Origin: Deltaproteobacteria bacterium UBA5799
GTDB taxonomy: Bacteria > Desulfobacterota > GWC2-55-46
Reading direction: 5' to 3'
DNA: 63,393 nucleotides
Assembly (NCBI GenBank): GCA_002418185.1
Contig: DIDN01000022.1
Location: 1 to 63,393 of the forward strand
The notes under the pieces: model-generated
Database searches by the model: none
What the model was told of the DNA's origin: nothing
Seen by the model: the letters and a program-made list of their open reading frames with translations, nothing else
Position numbers and translations under genes: made by a program
Shown: positions 8,241 to 16,860 of the stretch, piece after piece
Numbering within the stretch: the first letter of the stretch is position 1
Layout: every line of letters begins with the position of its first letter

Positions 8241-10433
8241 TCAAAACGAGCAGTCGCTTATGTTATCGCAGTCGTAATTCGCGTCTTCGGGAACTATCTC
8301 GATTTCGCTGAACGAGCCGTTGCACACCTTCTCCGTGGACGGGTTTATCGTCCGGAAGACTATGCGTCCGGACGCATAGGTGCTGGGCCTCGCGTACGAC
8401 TCGACGCACGCGCCGTTCATGAGCCTGTAGCCGAGCGGGTCCGAGTCCTCGAGCGTGCCGGCCGGCGCGTTGCTCCCGTGTATGCCCTTTATCTGGTTCA
8501 CCGTCTCGGTCGGGTCGTACCACCCGCCGTGGCACGACAGGCAGAGTATGCCGAACTTGTTCGAGTCGTTGCCGGTCCCCGTCCCCTGCATATAGAAGGG
8601 AGAGCTGGTGCCAAGCCCGTCGGGCGGGTGCGAGACCCTCGCATAGTTCGCTTTGGTGCCCACGTAGCCCTCGTCCCCGTAGACCTCGCGCTTGTGGCAG
8701 TTGTAGCAGAAGTTCTCTGCCGTGCCGAAACCCGTGGTGTTCGACTTGAGTATCCATTTCTCGTTCGAGCCGTGCACGCCCAGGGGGTCGGACGAGACGC
8801 TCGAGCCGTGGCATGCGGAGCATGTGACGGTGCTGTCGTGCGAGACGCTGAAATAACCGGTCCTCTCCCAGTTGGCCGGGAGGTCGACATACCTGAAGGT
8901 ATTGGTAAGCCCGAGGCCGTTGTCAGGCCAGTTGGGGTTCGCCGGCGGGGAGCTGGAAGGCATGTTCCTGCCTTGCGCGAACACCGGGTGGAAACCCATG
9001 TTGTTGACGTTGAAGTCCGCGGTGGGGTCGGACTGCTCGACCGTCGACCCGTCGGCATTGCCTGAAGGCGCATTGGGGGGCATGTTCCCGTAGGCATAGT
9101 ACGAATGGCACTTTATGCAGAGGTAGCCTTCGAGGTTGTTGCCGCCGGGGGTTGTCGAGAGGAAATCCACCACCTCGTAGGTGGTGGCCGGTTCCCCCGC
9201 AGAAGGCCAGAACAGAGGCTTGACTCCCCAGCTTCCCAGTATGTTGGGTCCGATTATGTTCCCGTTCTCGCCGCCCATGACATGGCTGCCTTCCATGGCG
9301 CCGTGGGGGTTGTGGCAGTCGGCGCATTCCGCGTGCCTGTTGTCCCTGAGATTGTCAGCCGTTTCCCTGGCCGGGTCGCCCGGGTACGTCCTCGACGGCG
9401 CGTGCAGGTCCCACGTGCCCTTGACATCGTGCTTGTAGGGGTAGTCGAACTGGGCCCTGAGGTCCTTTTCGGCCACGTTCCCGTTGTGGCAGTCGAGGCA
9501 GAGCCATTCCTCGCCTTCGACCTCGGAGGTGGACGGGTTCGTGCCCTTCAGGAGCGTTTTTCCGGCAGCGCCGCCGTGCGAGCGGTGGCATGCGAGGCAG
9601 CTCTGCATCTCCGGCGTGTCGTCGGTAAAGCCCTCTTCGCCCATGTCCTCGTGCCAGGGGTTCTCCCCCTCGCCGTTCCAGACGGCCGTGGACGTGGCGT
9701 GTATGGACGGGTTGGTCTCCCAGTACCTCTTGTCGTGGCATATCTGGCAGAGCCCGCCGTTTGAGAGGCTCCCGAGCAGGAACTTGGGGAACTCGGTGCC
9801 GTGCGGGTCGTGGCAGCTCGTGCACTGCATCATCCCCGTGCCGTCGAGCTTGACAATCGGCTCGCCTTCGGGGTCCTTTATCTCGTCATTCGACGGATAG
9901 GAACGGGAGTACTCGAAGGATATGGGGTGGTCGTCCATCAGGTCAGTGCCTATATGGGACGTAGATATGGAACTCAGCTTCCCTTCCTCTATGCCGGTGC
10001 CGGCTACGCCCAGTTCTCCCCCCAGCCCCTTTCCGGGCATGTTAAGGAGCGAGCCGATGGCTATGGTGCCGTCGTGGCACGCAAGGCAGAGCTTCGAGGA
10101 GCCTGTCGGCTGTCCCAGCGTGGGCGAGTTGGGCTCGAGGGTTGCGGCCAGGGTCAGGCTGCTGTAAACGTCGTATGTGGCCCCCGAGTCCTGCTTGTTC
10201 CACACGGGCCCCGAGGGGTTTGCGTTGTGCGGGGTGTGGCAGAAAACGCAAATCTCCGTCGTTTCACCGGACTTTATCTCCCCGGGGGAAAGCGAGCCGA
10301 AGTTGTGCTTCGTGGCGGAGACCGCGGCAAGCGAGTACCCGCCGGCCGCGGCCAGAAGGCCGGCGACCAGGGCTGCGTAGAGCGCCTTTCGCCCGATATT
10401 GCCGCTTTTCCCGTTTCCAGCTTTGAAAGACAT
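8241..10433 (-). CDS. undecahaem c-type cytochrome (paired-CXXCH type), 730 aa
   Basis: 11 CXXCH: CVFCH, CLACH, CTSCH, CQICH, CLACH, CLDCH, CADCH, CIKCH, CSACH, CYNCH, CLSCH. KHNF...CVFCHTPHN start motif. N-terminal hydrophobic segment. Confidence 0.9.
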   Translation of the reverse strand: MSFKAGNGKSGNIGRKALYAALVAGLLAAAGGYSLAAVSATKHNFGSLSPGEIKSGETTEICVFCHTPHNANPSGPVWNKQDSGATYDVYSSLTLAATLEPNSPTLGQPTGSSKLCLACHDGTIAIGSLLNMPGKGLGGELGVAGTGIEEGKLSSISTSHIGTDLMDDHPISFEYSRSYPSNDEIKDPEGEPIVKLDGTGMMQCTSCHDPHGTEFPKFLLGSLSNGGLCQICHDKRYWETNPSIHATSTAVWNGEGENPWHEDMGEEGFTDDTPEMQSCLACHRSHGGAAGKTLLKGTNPSTSEVEGEEWLCLDCHNGNVAEKDLRAQFDYPYKHDVKGTWDLHAPSRTYPGDPARETADNLRDNRHAECADCHNPHGAMEGSHVMGGENGNIIGPNILGSWGVKPLFWPSAGEPATTYEVVDFLSTTPGGNNLEGYLCIKCHSYYAYGNMPPNAPSGNADGSTVEQSDPTADFNVNNMGFHPVFAQGRNMPSSSPPANPNWPDNGLGLTNTFRYVDLPANWERTGYFSVSHDSTVTCSACHGSSVSSDPLGVHGSNEKWILKSNTTGFGTAENFCYNCHKREVYGDEGYVGTKANYARVSHPPDGLGTSSPFYMQGTGTGNDSNKFGILCLSCHGGWYDPTETVNQIKGIHGSNAPAGTLEDSDPLGYRLMNGACVESYARPSTYASGRIVFRTINPSTEKVCNGSFSEIEIVPEDANYDCDNISDCSF

Positions 10434-10465
10434 ATCCGTCCTGCCGTTCAGGGCTCCGGGGCCGG

Positions 10466-11536
10466 TCAGCTCCCGAGGTAATCGAATACCTGCACCCTGC
10501 CGTTATACGAGTCAGAGATGTATATCCTGTTGCCGTCGTCTATGAATACGCCGCTCGGGAGCCAGAAGGTGCCGGCTGACTTGCCGAGGGTGCCGAAGTT
10601 CAGGAGGAACTCCCCCTGCCTGTTGAATATCTGTACCGTGTCGAAAAGGGCGTCCGCGACGTAGATGTTGCCGTCCCTGTCGACGGCGATGCCCTTGGGC
10701 CTGCCGAAATCACCGGTCCCGTCCCCCTGACTGCCGAAGGAGCCCAGGAACGAGCCGCCACTGTCGAACATCTGGACCCTGAAGTTGAGCGAGTCCACGA
10801 CGTACAGGTCGCCGCCCCTGTCCAGTGCGAGGTCCACCGGGTAATTGAACTCTCCTATTTCCTTCCCCCTCCTGCCGAAGGAGCCGACCTCCGCGCCGAC
10901 AAGGTCGTATATGCGCACGCTGTGAGAGGCGGTGTCGGTCACATACACCCTGCCGTCCGCCTTGTTTATCGCGATGCCGGTGGGCCTTTCTCCCGCGGCG
11001 AATGAAAACCGGAACTTGCCGTTGGAGTTGAATACAAAGACCTTTTGGGCTACCGAGTCCGTGACATAGATATTGTCCTCGCCGTCGGTAGCCGCGGCTA
11101 TGGGCGAAGCGAACTGCTCGCGGCCCGGTTCATCGATGACGGTGTATTTCTTCCTGACCATGTCGAAGACGTGCACCTTCTTGAAGGCCGTATCGGCGAC
11201 TATGAGCCTTCCGGCGGAATCGACCGCAACGCCGTAGGGCTTGATGATCCGTTCGCTTTTCGCACCGAGTATGAAGTCGGCCAGCCTCTTGAAAAACCCG
11301 GTATTCGCGCCTATGTCCTCAGGCCTGCTGATCGTCCTGAGATAACTGATCCTTGCCGGTTCCGGCGGAGACGGCCAGATAAGCGGCGCCTGCGGCGTAG
11401 TGGACCAGCCCGGCTGCGCCGGGGCGGAAGCGCACCCGGCAGCCGAGAGCGCGAAGAAAGCAAGCGCCACGGCGAACCTGGATACGCCGTAGTACGATTT
11501 CCCGGGAGCCCTTTTGTCTTTCAGGATTACATCCAT
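10466..11536 (-). CDS. NHL-repeat six-bladed beta-propeller lipoprotein
   Basis: Repeated G.F..P.GIAVD..G.IYV.D....RV..F units. Lipobox-like LSAAGC after a hydrophobic leader. Confidence 0.85.
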   Translation of the reverse strand: MDVILKDKRAPGKSYYGVSRFAVALAFFALSAAGCASAPAQPGWSTTPQAPLIWPSPPEPARISYLRTISRPEDIGANTGFFKRLADFILGAKSERIIKPYGVAVDSAGRLIVADTAFKKVHVFDMVRKKYTVIDEPGREQFASPIAAATDGEDNIYVTDSVAQKVFVFNSNGKFRFSFAAGERPTGIAINKADGRVYVTDTASHSVRIYDLVGAEVGSFGRRGKEIGEFNYPVDLALDRGGDLYVVDSLNFRVQMFDSGGSFLGSFGSQGDGTGDFGRPKGIAVDRDGNIYVADALFDTVQIFNRQGEFLLNFGTLGKSAGTFWLPSGVFIDDGNRIYISDSYNGRVQVFDYLGS

Positions 11537-11548
11537 CAGGGAAATGAC

Positions 11549-12187
11549 CTACTTCCTGTGACAGTACTGGCAGATATCAAGTCCGGCGGACCTGAACCGC
11601 CTGGTGCTGTCAGCCCCCCAGTCGGCCCTGCCCGGCAGAAGCCCTCTCTCGTGCGGGTTGTGGCAGGTGGAGCATATTATCTGGCCTGTATTCGGGTCGA
11701 GCGGCAGGATAGTGGGTATGTCCTTCAAGGTCATCCTGATGTTGTCGTAAATGGTCTTGGGAGGGACCCTCAAGTGGTTCGGCGCCTTCTGAAGGACGCT
11801 CAGCATGGCTGTCGGCTGGATCTGCGGGTGGATAGGGACCGTATGGCAGCTCCTGCAAAGCTGTACCGGGTCCTCGAAATAGAGCTTCACGTCCTTTATG
11901 GTCAGGTTCTTGTCTATTGCCGGGACTTCCTTGTGGCACACCACGCACGTGCCCCAGAGCACCTCTCCGGTTTCTCCTATCTGGTTGTGCGGGTTGATTA
12001 TGGTAAGGAGCGCGTCGGCCCTCTCGTACGGAGGCGGCCCGGGCGGGGCAGCAGGAGGAGCAGGGTCGGCCGGGGCCTCTGCTGACCAGGCCTCGCCTGA
12101 GGCGAGGAGCGCGCCTGCAAGAAAGATGACCTTGAGGATGCCGTATTTCCTTGACATGTTGGCTACCTTCTCTGAGATGACGGCCAT
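11549..12187 (-). CDS. tetrahaem c-type cytochrome, secreted
   Basis: 4 CXXCH: CVVCH, CRSCH, CSTCH, CQYCH. The signal peptide follows the internal Met (MSRKYGILKVIFLAGALLASGEAWSA), so the start may be 12157. Confidence 0.88.
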   Translation of the reverse strand: MAVISEKVANMSRKYGILKVIFLAGALLASGEAWSAEAPADPAPPAAPPGPPPYERADALLTIINPHNQIGETGEVLWGTCVVCHKEVPAIDKNLTIKDVKLYFEDPVQLCRSCHTVPIHPQIQPTAMLSVLQKAPNHLRVPPKTIYDNIRMTLKDIPTILPLDPNTGQIICSTCHNPHERGLLPGRADWGADSTRRFRSAGLDICQYCHRK

Positions 12188-12206
12188 TGGCCGTTCTGGT
12201 TTTTGT

Positions 12207-13343
12207 TTACTGCTGCGTAAAGGCGTAAATGGAGCCGTCTTCCGAGCCTATGTACACCGCATTGCCCGTAACGGCCGGAGAGGACTGAATGCTCCCCTCG
12301 GTCATATGCTTCCAGACAGTCTCGCCGCTATAGAGGTCTACGGCATAGAGGCCCCCGTCGTCGCAGCCGACGTAAAGGAGGCCGTTCGCGGACACCGCCG
12401 GGGTGGAGTTGACCTCGTCCGGGAACCTGTATACGGCGAGCTCCCTGCCGTCTTTCCTGTTGAAGACGGTCACGTCGCCCTTCTTGGAGGCCACGTATAT
12501 CCTGTCGGCAGTTACCACCGGGGTGGCGTAAGCGAGCTTGCCGAGGTTCTTCCTCCAGACGAATTTGCCGTCCTCGGCGTTGAGCGCGTAGAGGGTCCTG
12601 TTATACGAGGAGAGATAGACTATGCCGTCCCGCACGACAGGTGAGGAATATATGGCGGATTCGGTCCGCAGCTGCCAGTTCCTCCCCCCGCTCCTGGCTG
12701 AGGCGGAATAGAGTATGCCGTTCTTTCCGGCGTAGTAGATTGAGCCGTCCGCATAGGCCGGGGAGGCGTATATGCCGCTGTACTTCTCGTAATCGGCGAT
12801 GTTCCTCCTCCATTCCCTCTGGCCGTCCTTTGCCCGGAGGGCGTAGAGGTAGAGGTCCTTCGAGCCTATGTAGACCTTGTCCTCTGCCACAACGGGCGAA
12901 GTGAGCACCGGGCCGCCGGTCTCGATCTTCCACACGAGCTTGCCGGTTTCTGCCTCGAGCGCGTAGACAAAGCCGTCCCTGGACCCGAAATAGACCCTGT
13001 CCCTGTCGACCGCCGGAGATGAGAAGACCTCGCCGTTGGTCTTGAACTTCCAGGCCAGGGCCCCGGTCTTCTCGTCCAGGGCGTAAAGGTGCATGTCATA
13101 CGAGCCCACAAAGACCTTGCCCTTGTAGACCGCCGGGGACGAGTAGACCCGCCCGCCGGTCTTGAACCGCCATTTTAAAGCGAGCGGCGGCCTGGGCGCC
13201 CTCTCGACAAAGGGGACGTTCTCCGGGCCCTTCAAGAACTTCGGCCAGTCCGCGGAGGCCTGGGCGAAAAAAAGCGGCAGCGCGGCCATTGAGAGGGCCA
13301 GCGCCGCTGTAATCTTCCCTGCTGTTAACCTCGATTGATGCAT
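12207..13343 (-). CDS. PQQ-like (BamB-like) beta-propeller repeat protein, secreted
   Basis: Many repeats of the V..SPAV....VY.GS.D..LYAL....G...W type. Signal peptide ending AQASA. Confidence 0.85.
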   Translation of the reverse strand: MHQSRLTAGKITAALALSMAALPLFFAQASADWPKFLKGPENVPFVERAPRPPLALKWRFKTGGRVYSSPAVYKGKVFVGSYDMHLYALDEKTGALAWKFKTNGEVFSSPAVDRDRVYFGSRDGFVYALEAETGKLVWKIETGGPVLTSPVVAEDKVYIGSKDLYLYALRAKDGQREWRRNIADYEKYSGIYASPAYADGSIYYAGKNGILYSASARSGGRNWQLRTESAIYSSPVVRDGIVYLSSYNRTLYALNAEDGKFVWRKNLGKLAYATPVVTADRIYVASKKGDVTVFNRKDGRELAVYRFPDEVNSTPAVSANGLLYVGCDDGGLYAVDLYSGETVWKHMTEGSIQSSPAVTGNAVYIGSEDGSIYAFTQQ

Positions 13344-13351
13344 AGTTCCTC

Positions 13352-13939
13352 TCAGACCTTCAACTTTGAGATTTCGTGGGATATTCTCTTCCGCTCCCGG
13401 GTTATCCCTTCGAGGGCTGCGGCAAGCTTGTTTGCGTCTCGGACAGACCCCTCAAGCACCCTGGACTCCCTCTCAATCGTTTGCCCGGATTTTTTGAGGG
13501 AACCGAAAAGAGCGGCGAGCGAGAGGGTCATTGAATTGAACGCGTCCGCCAGCCCGCCCGGCATATCGTTCGAGACCCGCCGGGCAAGCTCTCCCCGGGA
13601 GGCCCCTTTTACGGCCTCCCTCAACTCGAGGAGCGGGACCTCTATTCGGCGGAGGACAAAGTAGCCGATGACCGCGGAGGCGGCCAGGACCGCGGAAATG
13701 GTTGCGGCTCCGAGTTTCAGCAAGACAGGGACCGCGATTTCCGAGGTGGTCCGTATCTTTATATGGATTTTATATAACCCCTGTCCGAGTTCCCTGTCAA
13801 TTAAAAAATAGGCTGCGAGGAGGTTCAGCAGAAGCCCCAGGAGGACCGTTGCGGCAAAGGCCGCCGCGAACCTCGACTGAAGCCTCCTGTCCACGAAATA
13901 ATTTCTTCTCCTCCACCTGGTCTCGCGCGCATGCGGCAT
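13352..13939 (-). CDS. two-TM HAMP-domain protein without output domain (paralogue 1)
   Basis: RRRNYFVDRRLQ N-terminus, two hydrophobic segments, and a HAMP-like RRIEVPLLELREAVKGASRGELARRV..GGLADAFNSM followed by a short coiled coil. 195 aa. Confidence 0.7.
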   Translation of the reverse strand: MPHARETRWRRRNYFVDRRLQSRFAAAFAATVLLGLLLNLLAAYFLIDRELGQGLYKIHIKIRTTSEIAVPVLLKLGAATISAVLAASAVIGYFVLRRIEVPLLELREAVKGASRGELARRVSNDMPGGLADAFNSMTLSLAALFGSLKKSGQTIERESRVLEGSVRDANKLAAALEGITRERKRISHEISKLKV

Positions 13940-14035
13940 CAGGCCTCCTGGCCCGGGCTCGATTCCGGGCTATATGATAGTACCCTGGAATTAAAACCCC
14001 ATTAAACCACGGTTAATTCGTCGAACCCCCCCCCT

Positions 14036-14845
14036 CTACTTGTTATGGCACGAAAGGCAGAGCGCGCTGCCCTCGTTGCTCATGACGAGCTCGTTATGGA
14101 GCTTCGAGAACGGGTTATGGCAGCTACCGCATCCTACGTTCCCGGCAAAGAGCTTTATCTCGGGCGGGAGCTTGCCGACCGGGTTGTACGCGCCGCGGTA
14201 CCTTCGGCGGGCGTCGATGTAGGACACGCCGATGGGGTGGCTGAGTCCCGAGAGGCCTGACCTGTGGAAGAGCGCCCCTCCCATTTCCCTCCCCTCCGAG
14301 ACGGCGTCAGTCCCTGTCAGGGCGTCGTGGCACGCCATGCACCTCAATGAAAGCTCGTCGAGCACGCCCCCGATCTCTTCGGGGAGGTATTTCAACGAGG
14401 CTGAGCCCGTGACATGGGCCGAGCCGAGCGAGAACTGGTGGAGCTCGCTCTCCAGGTCGTTGTGGCAGAGCATGCAGAAGCCCGGACCCGCGGCCCTGGA
14501 GCGGAGGCGGAACGGCCCGTGCCCCTCCATGTGCACCGGGTGGCATGTAGTGCAGGTCACTTCCCCTTTCCAGTCGAGCGGCAGGTTCAGGGGCACCCGC
14601 ATCGAGGGCCTCATGTCGACCGGGTGGGAGAGCTCGAACTCGGAGGCGTGGCACTCAACGCACATCTTCGATATGTCCTGCAGGAATGCGCGCGGCTCAT
14701 CACCCGGCGCCGGTTCCCTTATGTGGCACTCGAGGCACCTGCCCTCGAAGTCGTGGTAGCTTGTCCACTGCCGGGAGTAGAGGAGCGCGGCGCCCGCGAC
14801 GGCTATCGCCGCGACTATCCCGATGGCCGTCCTACGCGCCTTCAT
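14036..14845 (-). CDS. heptahaem c-type cytochrome, membrane-anchored or secreted
   Basis: 7 CXXCH: CLECH, CVECH, CTTCH, CMLCH, CMACH, CGSCH, CLSCH. N-terminal hydrophobic helix. Confidence 0.9.
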   Translation of the reverse strand: MKARRTAIGIVAAIAVAGAALLYSRQWTSYHDFEGRCLECHIREPAPGDEPRAFLQDISKMCVECHASEFELSHPVDMRPSMRVPLNLPLDWKGEVTCTTCHPVHMEGHGPFRLRSRAAGPGFCMLCHNDLESELHQFSLGSAHVTGSASLKYLPEEIGGVLDELSLRCMACHDALTGTDAVSEGREMGGALFHRSGLSGLSHPIGVSYIDARRRYRGAYNPVGKLPPEIKLFAGNVGCGSCHNPFSKLHNELVMSNEGSALCLSCHNK

Positions 14846-15458
14846 GGGTCTTCACGCCCGAGAGGGCCTGCTGGAGCCTCTTTGCGTTCTCGCGTATTTC
14901 GCGGACCGCTTCCCGGGCCCCGGCCTGGTGCGGCCCTCCTCTTTCGAGGAACACGTAAAGCTCCTCTTCCGCCTTTTCGAGCGCTTCAATTGCGTCGGCT
15001 GCGCTCCTTGCCGAGTGGTTTACCGACCGGACCATCGAGTTCAGGTCTTCGGCAAGCTCAACGAGCTGGTCTTTCCCTCGAAGGCGCGTAACGACCGTAA
15101 GGTCGCCCGAGCCGATCTCTTCCATATTCCGGGCGAGCCTGAAGACCGGCCCCGCTATCCTGTGGGAATAGAGTACCGAGACTGCCGCAACGGCCGCGGT
15201 CGCCACCCCGAGGACGAGCACCGCGTACGAGGAGGCGAAAACGAGCGGCAGGGCCTTTACCTTGAGCTCGTAAAGCGTGAATACGGCCTCGCCGTAGGAG
15301 CCCCCCACGCCCCTGGAGAGTGAAAATACAAGGAGCGCGAGTAGCCCGGCTGCCCCGGCAAGCGTCGCGAGGCAGAGCTTGAGCCCGAACCTGAGCTTGA
15401 AGCCGAGCCCGAGGAGGCGCGGACCTTCCAAGTTTTTACGGGTATCCGAAGAAGCCAT
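14832..15458 (-). CDS. two-TM HAMP-domain protein without output domain (paralogue 2)
   Basis: Two hydrophobic segments, then HRIAGPVFRLARNMEEIGSGDLTVV..LVELAEDLNSM (HAMP) and a helical tail. Overlaps the heptahaem start by 14 nt. Confidence 0.7.
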   Translation of the reverse strand: MASSDTRKNLEGPRLLGLGFKLRFGLKLCLATLAGAAGLLALLVFSLSRGVGGSYGEAVFTLYELKVKALPLVFASSYAVLVLGVATAAVAAVSVLYSHRIAGPVFRLARNMEEIGSGDLTVVTRLRGKDQLVELAEDLNSMVRSVNHSARSAADAIEALEKAEEELYVFLERGGPHQAGAREAVREIRENAKRLQQALSGVKTHEGA

Positions 15459-15550
15459 CTTTCCCGGCTATAAATAGGATTCAAAACCGGACTGGGAGAA
15501 AAGATTCGAGGTGAGTGCGCGAAAAACCGAAGCGGCGGGATTCCACAGGC

Positions 15551-15579
15551 ATTATATCCGAATACGCCGCAGTTGTGAA
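15551..15579 (-). promoter_or_regulatory. sigma70-type promoter for the cytochrome/propeller/HAMP operon
   Basis: Minus strand reads TTCACA-N17-TATAAT (-35 at 15574-15579, -10 at 15551-15556), about 90 nt upstream of the ATG at 15458. Confidence 0.5.
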
Positions 15580-15618
15580 GCCGGAGAAGCGCGCGCCCTT
15601 TCGCGTTGCTGAAAATTA

Positions 15619-15647
15619 TTGAAAAAACCGCACGTTATTAATATAAT
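15619..15647 (+). promoter_or_regulatory. sigma70-type promoter for hemE-hemH-hemY
   Basis: TTGAAA-N17-TATAAT (15619-15624 and 15642-15647). Lies 39 nt from the divergent promoter and ~145 nt upstream of hemE. Confidence 0.5.
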
Positions 15648-15793
15648 AAAAAGCTCTTTTCCGTTTTGCCCGCCGGAAGCGCAATTTTTACGGCAGGGCA
15701 GAAGCCGCGGGCTCGCTCCGCGGCCAAGTAGAAGCGCGGCGGGAAAGGCGGGAAGGATTTTTCCCGAACACAATCTGGGAGGAGAACCGAATC

Positions 15794-16837
15794 ATGGCAA
15801 AGGTCGTGGAAAAGGACGCGTTTCTCAAGGCATGCCGGAGGGAAAGGGCGGGCTACACCCCGGTATGGCTCATGCGCCAGGCAGGCCGCTACATGAAGGA
15901 GTACATGGCTATCAGGGAAAAACATTCTTTCCTTGAGATGTGCCGGAACCCCGAGATAGCAGCCGAGGTGACGCTCCAGCCCATAAAGGCCTTTGACCTT
16001 GACGCGGCCATAATCTTCGCGGACATACTCCTCCCGCTCGACGGCATGGGCATAAACCTCGAGTTCGCAAAGAACGAGGGGCCCGTGATCTCAAACCCGG
16101 TCAGGACAAGAAAGGACATAGACGCCGTAAGGGTGATAAACCCGGAGGAGCACGTCCCCTATCTCCTCCAGGCGATTAGGCTCGTAAAATCCGAACTCAA
16201 CGGCAAGGTCCCGCTCATCGGCTTCTCCGGCGCCCCGTTTACGCTCGCAAGCTACATCATCGAGGGCGAGGGCTCCAAGAACTACATAAACACGAAAAAG
16301 CTCATGTACTCCGACCCCGAGGGCTGGAAGGCCCTAATGGAGAAGATATCCGACGTCATCATCGTCTACCTGGAGGCGCAGATAGAGGCCGGTGTGGACG
16401 CGGTCCAGCTCTTCGACAGCTGGGTAGGCTGCCTCGGGCCGGACGACTACAAGAACTACGCCATGCCTTACAGTAAAAAGATAATCGAGACCGTGAGGAA
16501 AAAGGGCGTGCCTTTCATAAACTTCAGCACGAACACCGGCACATACCTCGAAACGATCGCCGGGACCGGCGGCGACGTCGTGGGAGTCGACTGGAAGGTG
16601 CGGCTCGACGAGGCCTGGAAGACCATAGGCTATGACAGGGCCATACAGGGGAACCTCGACCCGGTGGTCCTCTTCGGCCCCGTGAGCGAGATAAGGAAGA
16701 GGGTCAAGGAGATACTCGACATGGCGGGCGGCAGGCCCGGCCACATATTCAACCTCGGCCACGGCATCATACTCGGCACGCCCGTGGACAACGTAAGGGC
16801 CGTAATCGACAGCGTGCACGAGCTTAGCGCAAAGTAA
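15794..16837 (+). CDS. hemE: uroporphyrinogen decarboxylase
   Basis: TPVWLMRQAGRYM signature near the N-terminus. 347 aa. Confidence 0.95.
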   Translation: MAKVVEKDAFLKACRRERAGYTPVWLMRQAGRYMKEYMAIREKHSFLEMCRNPEIAAEVTLQPIKAFDLDAAIIFADILLPLDGMGINLEFAKNEGPVISNPVRTRKDIDAVRVINPEEHVPYLLQAIRLVKSELNGKVPLIGFSGAPFTLASYIIEGEGSKNYINTKKLMYSDPEGWKALMEKISDVIIVYLEAQIEAGVDAVQLFDSWVGCLGPDDYKNYAMPYSKKIIETVRKKGVPFINFSTNTGTYLETIAGTGGDVVGVDWKVRLDEAWKTIGYDRAIQGNLDPVVLFGPVSEIRKRVKEILDMAGGRPGHIFNLGHGIILGTPVDNVRAVIDSVHELSAK

Positions 16838-16860
16838 AAGGAAGAAAGAGGAGCTTCGGG

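Noticed and set aside
6877-15458. Porin-cytochrome (Mtr/Pcc-type) outer-membrane conduit.
   Set aside because: No ORF in the operon has the length or the alternating beta-strand pattern of an outer-membrane barrel. All nine ORFs are accounted for as cytochromes, propellers or HAMP proteins.
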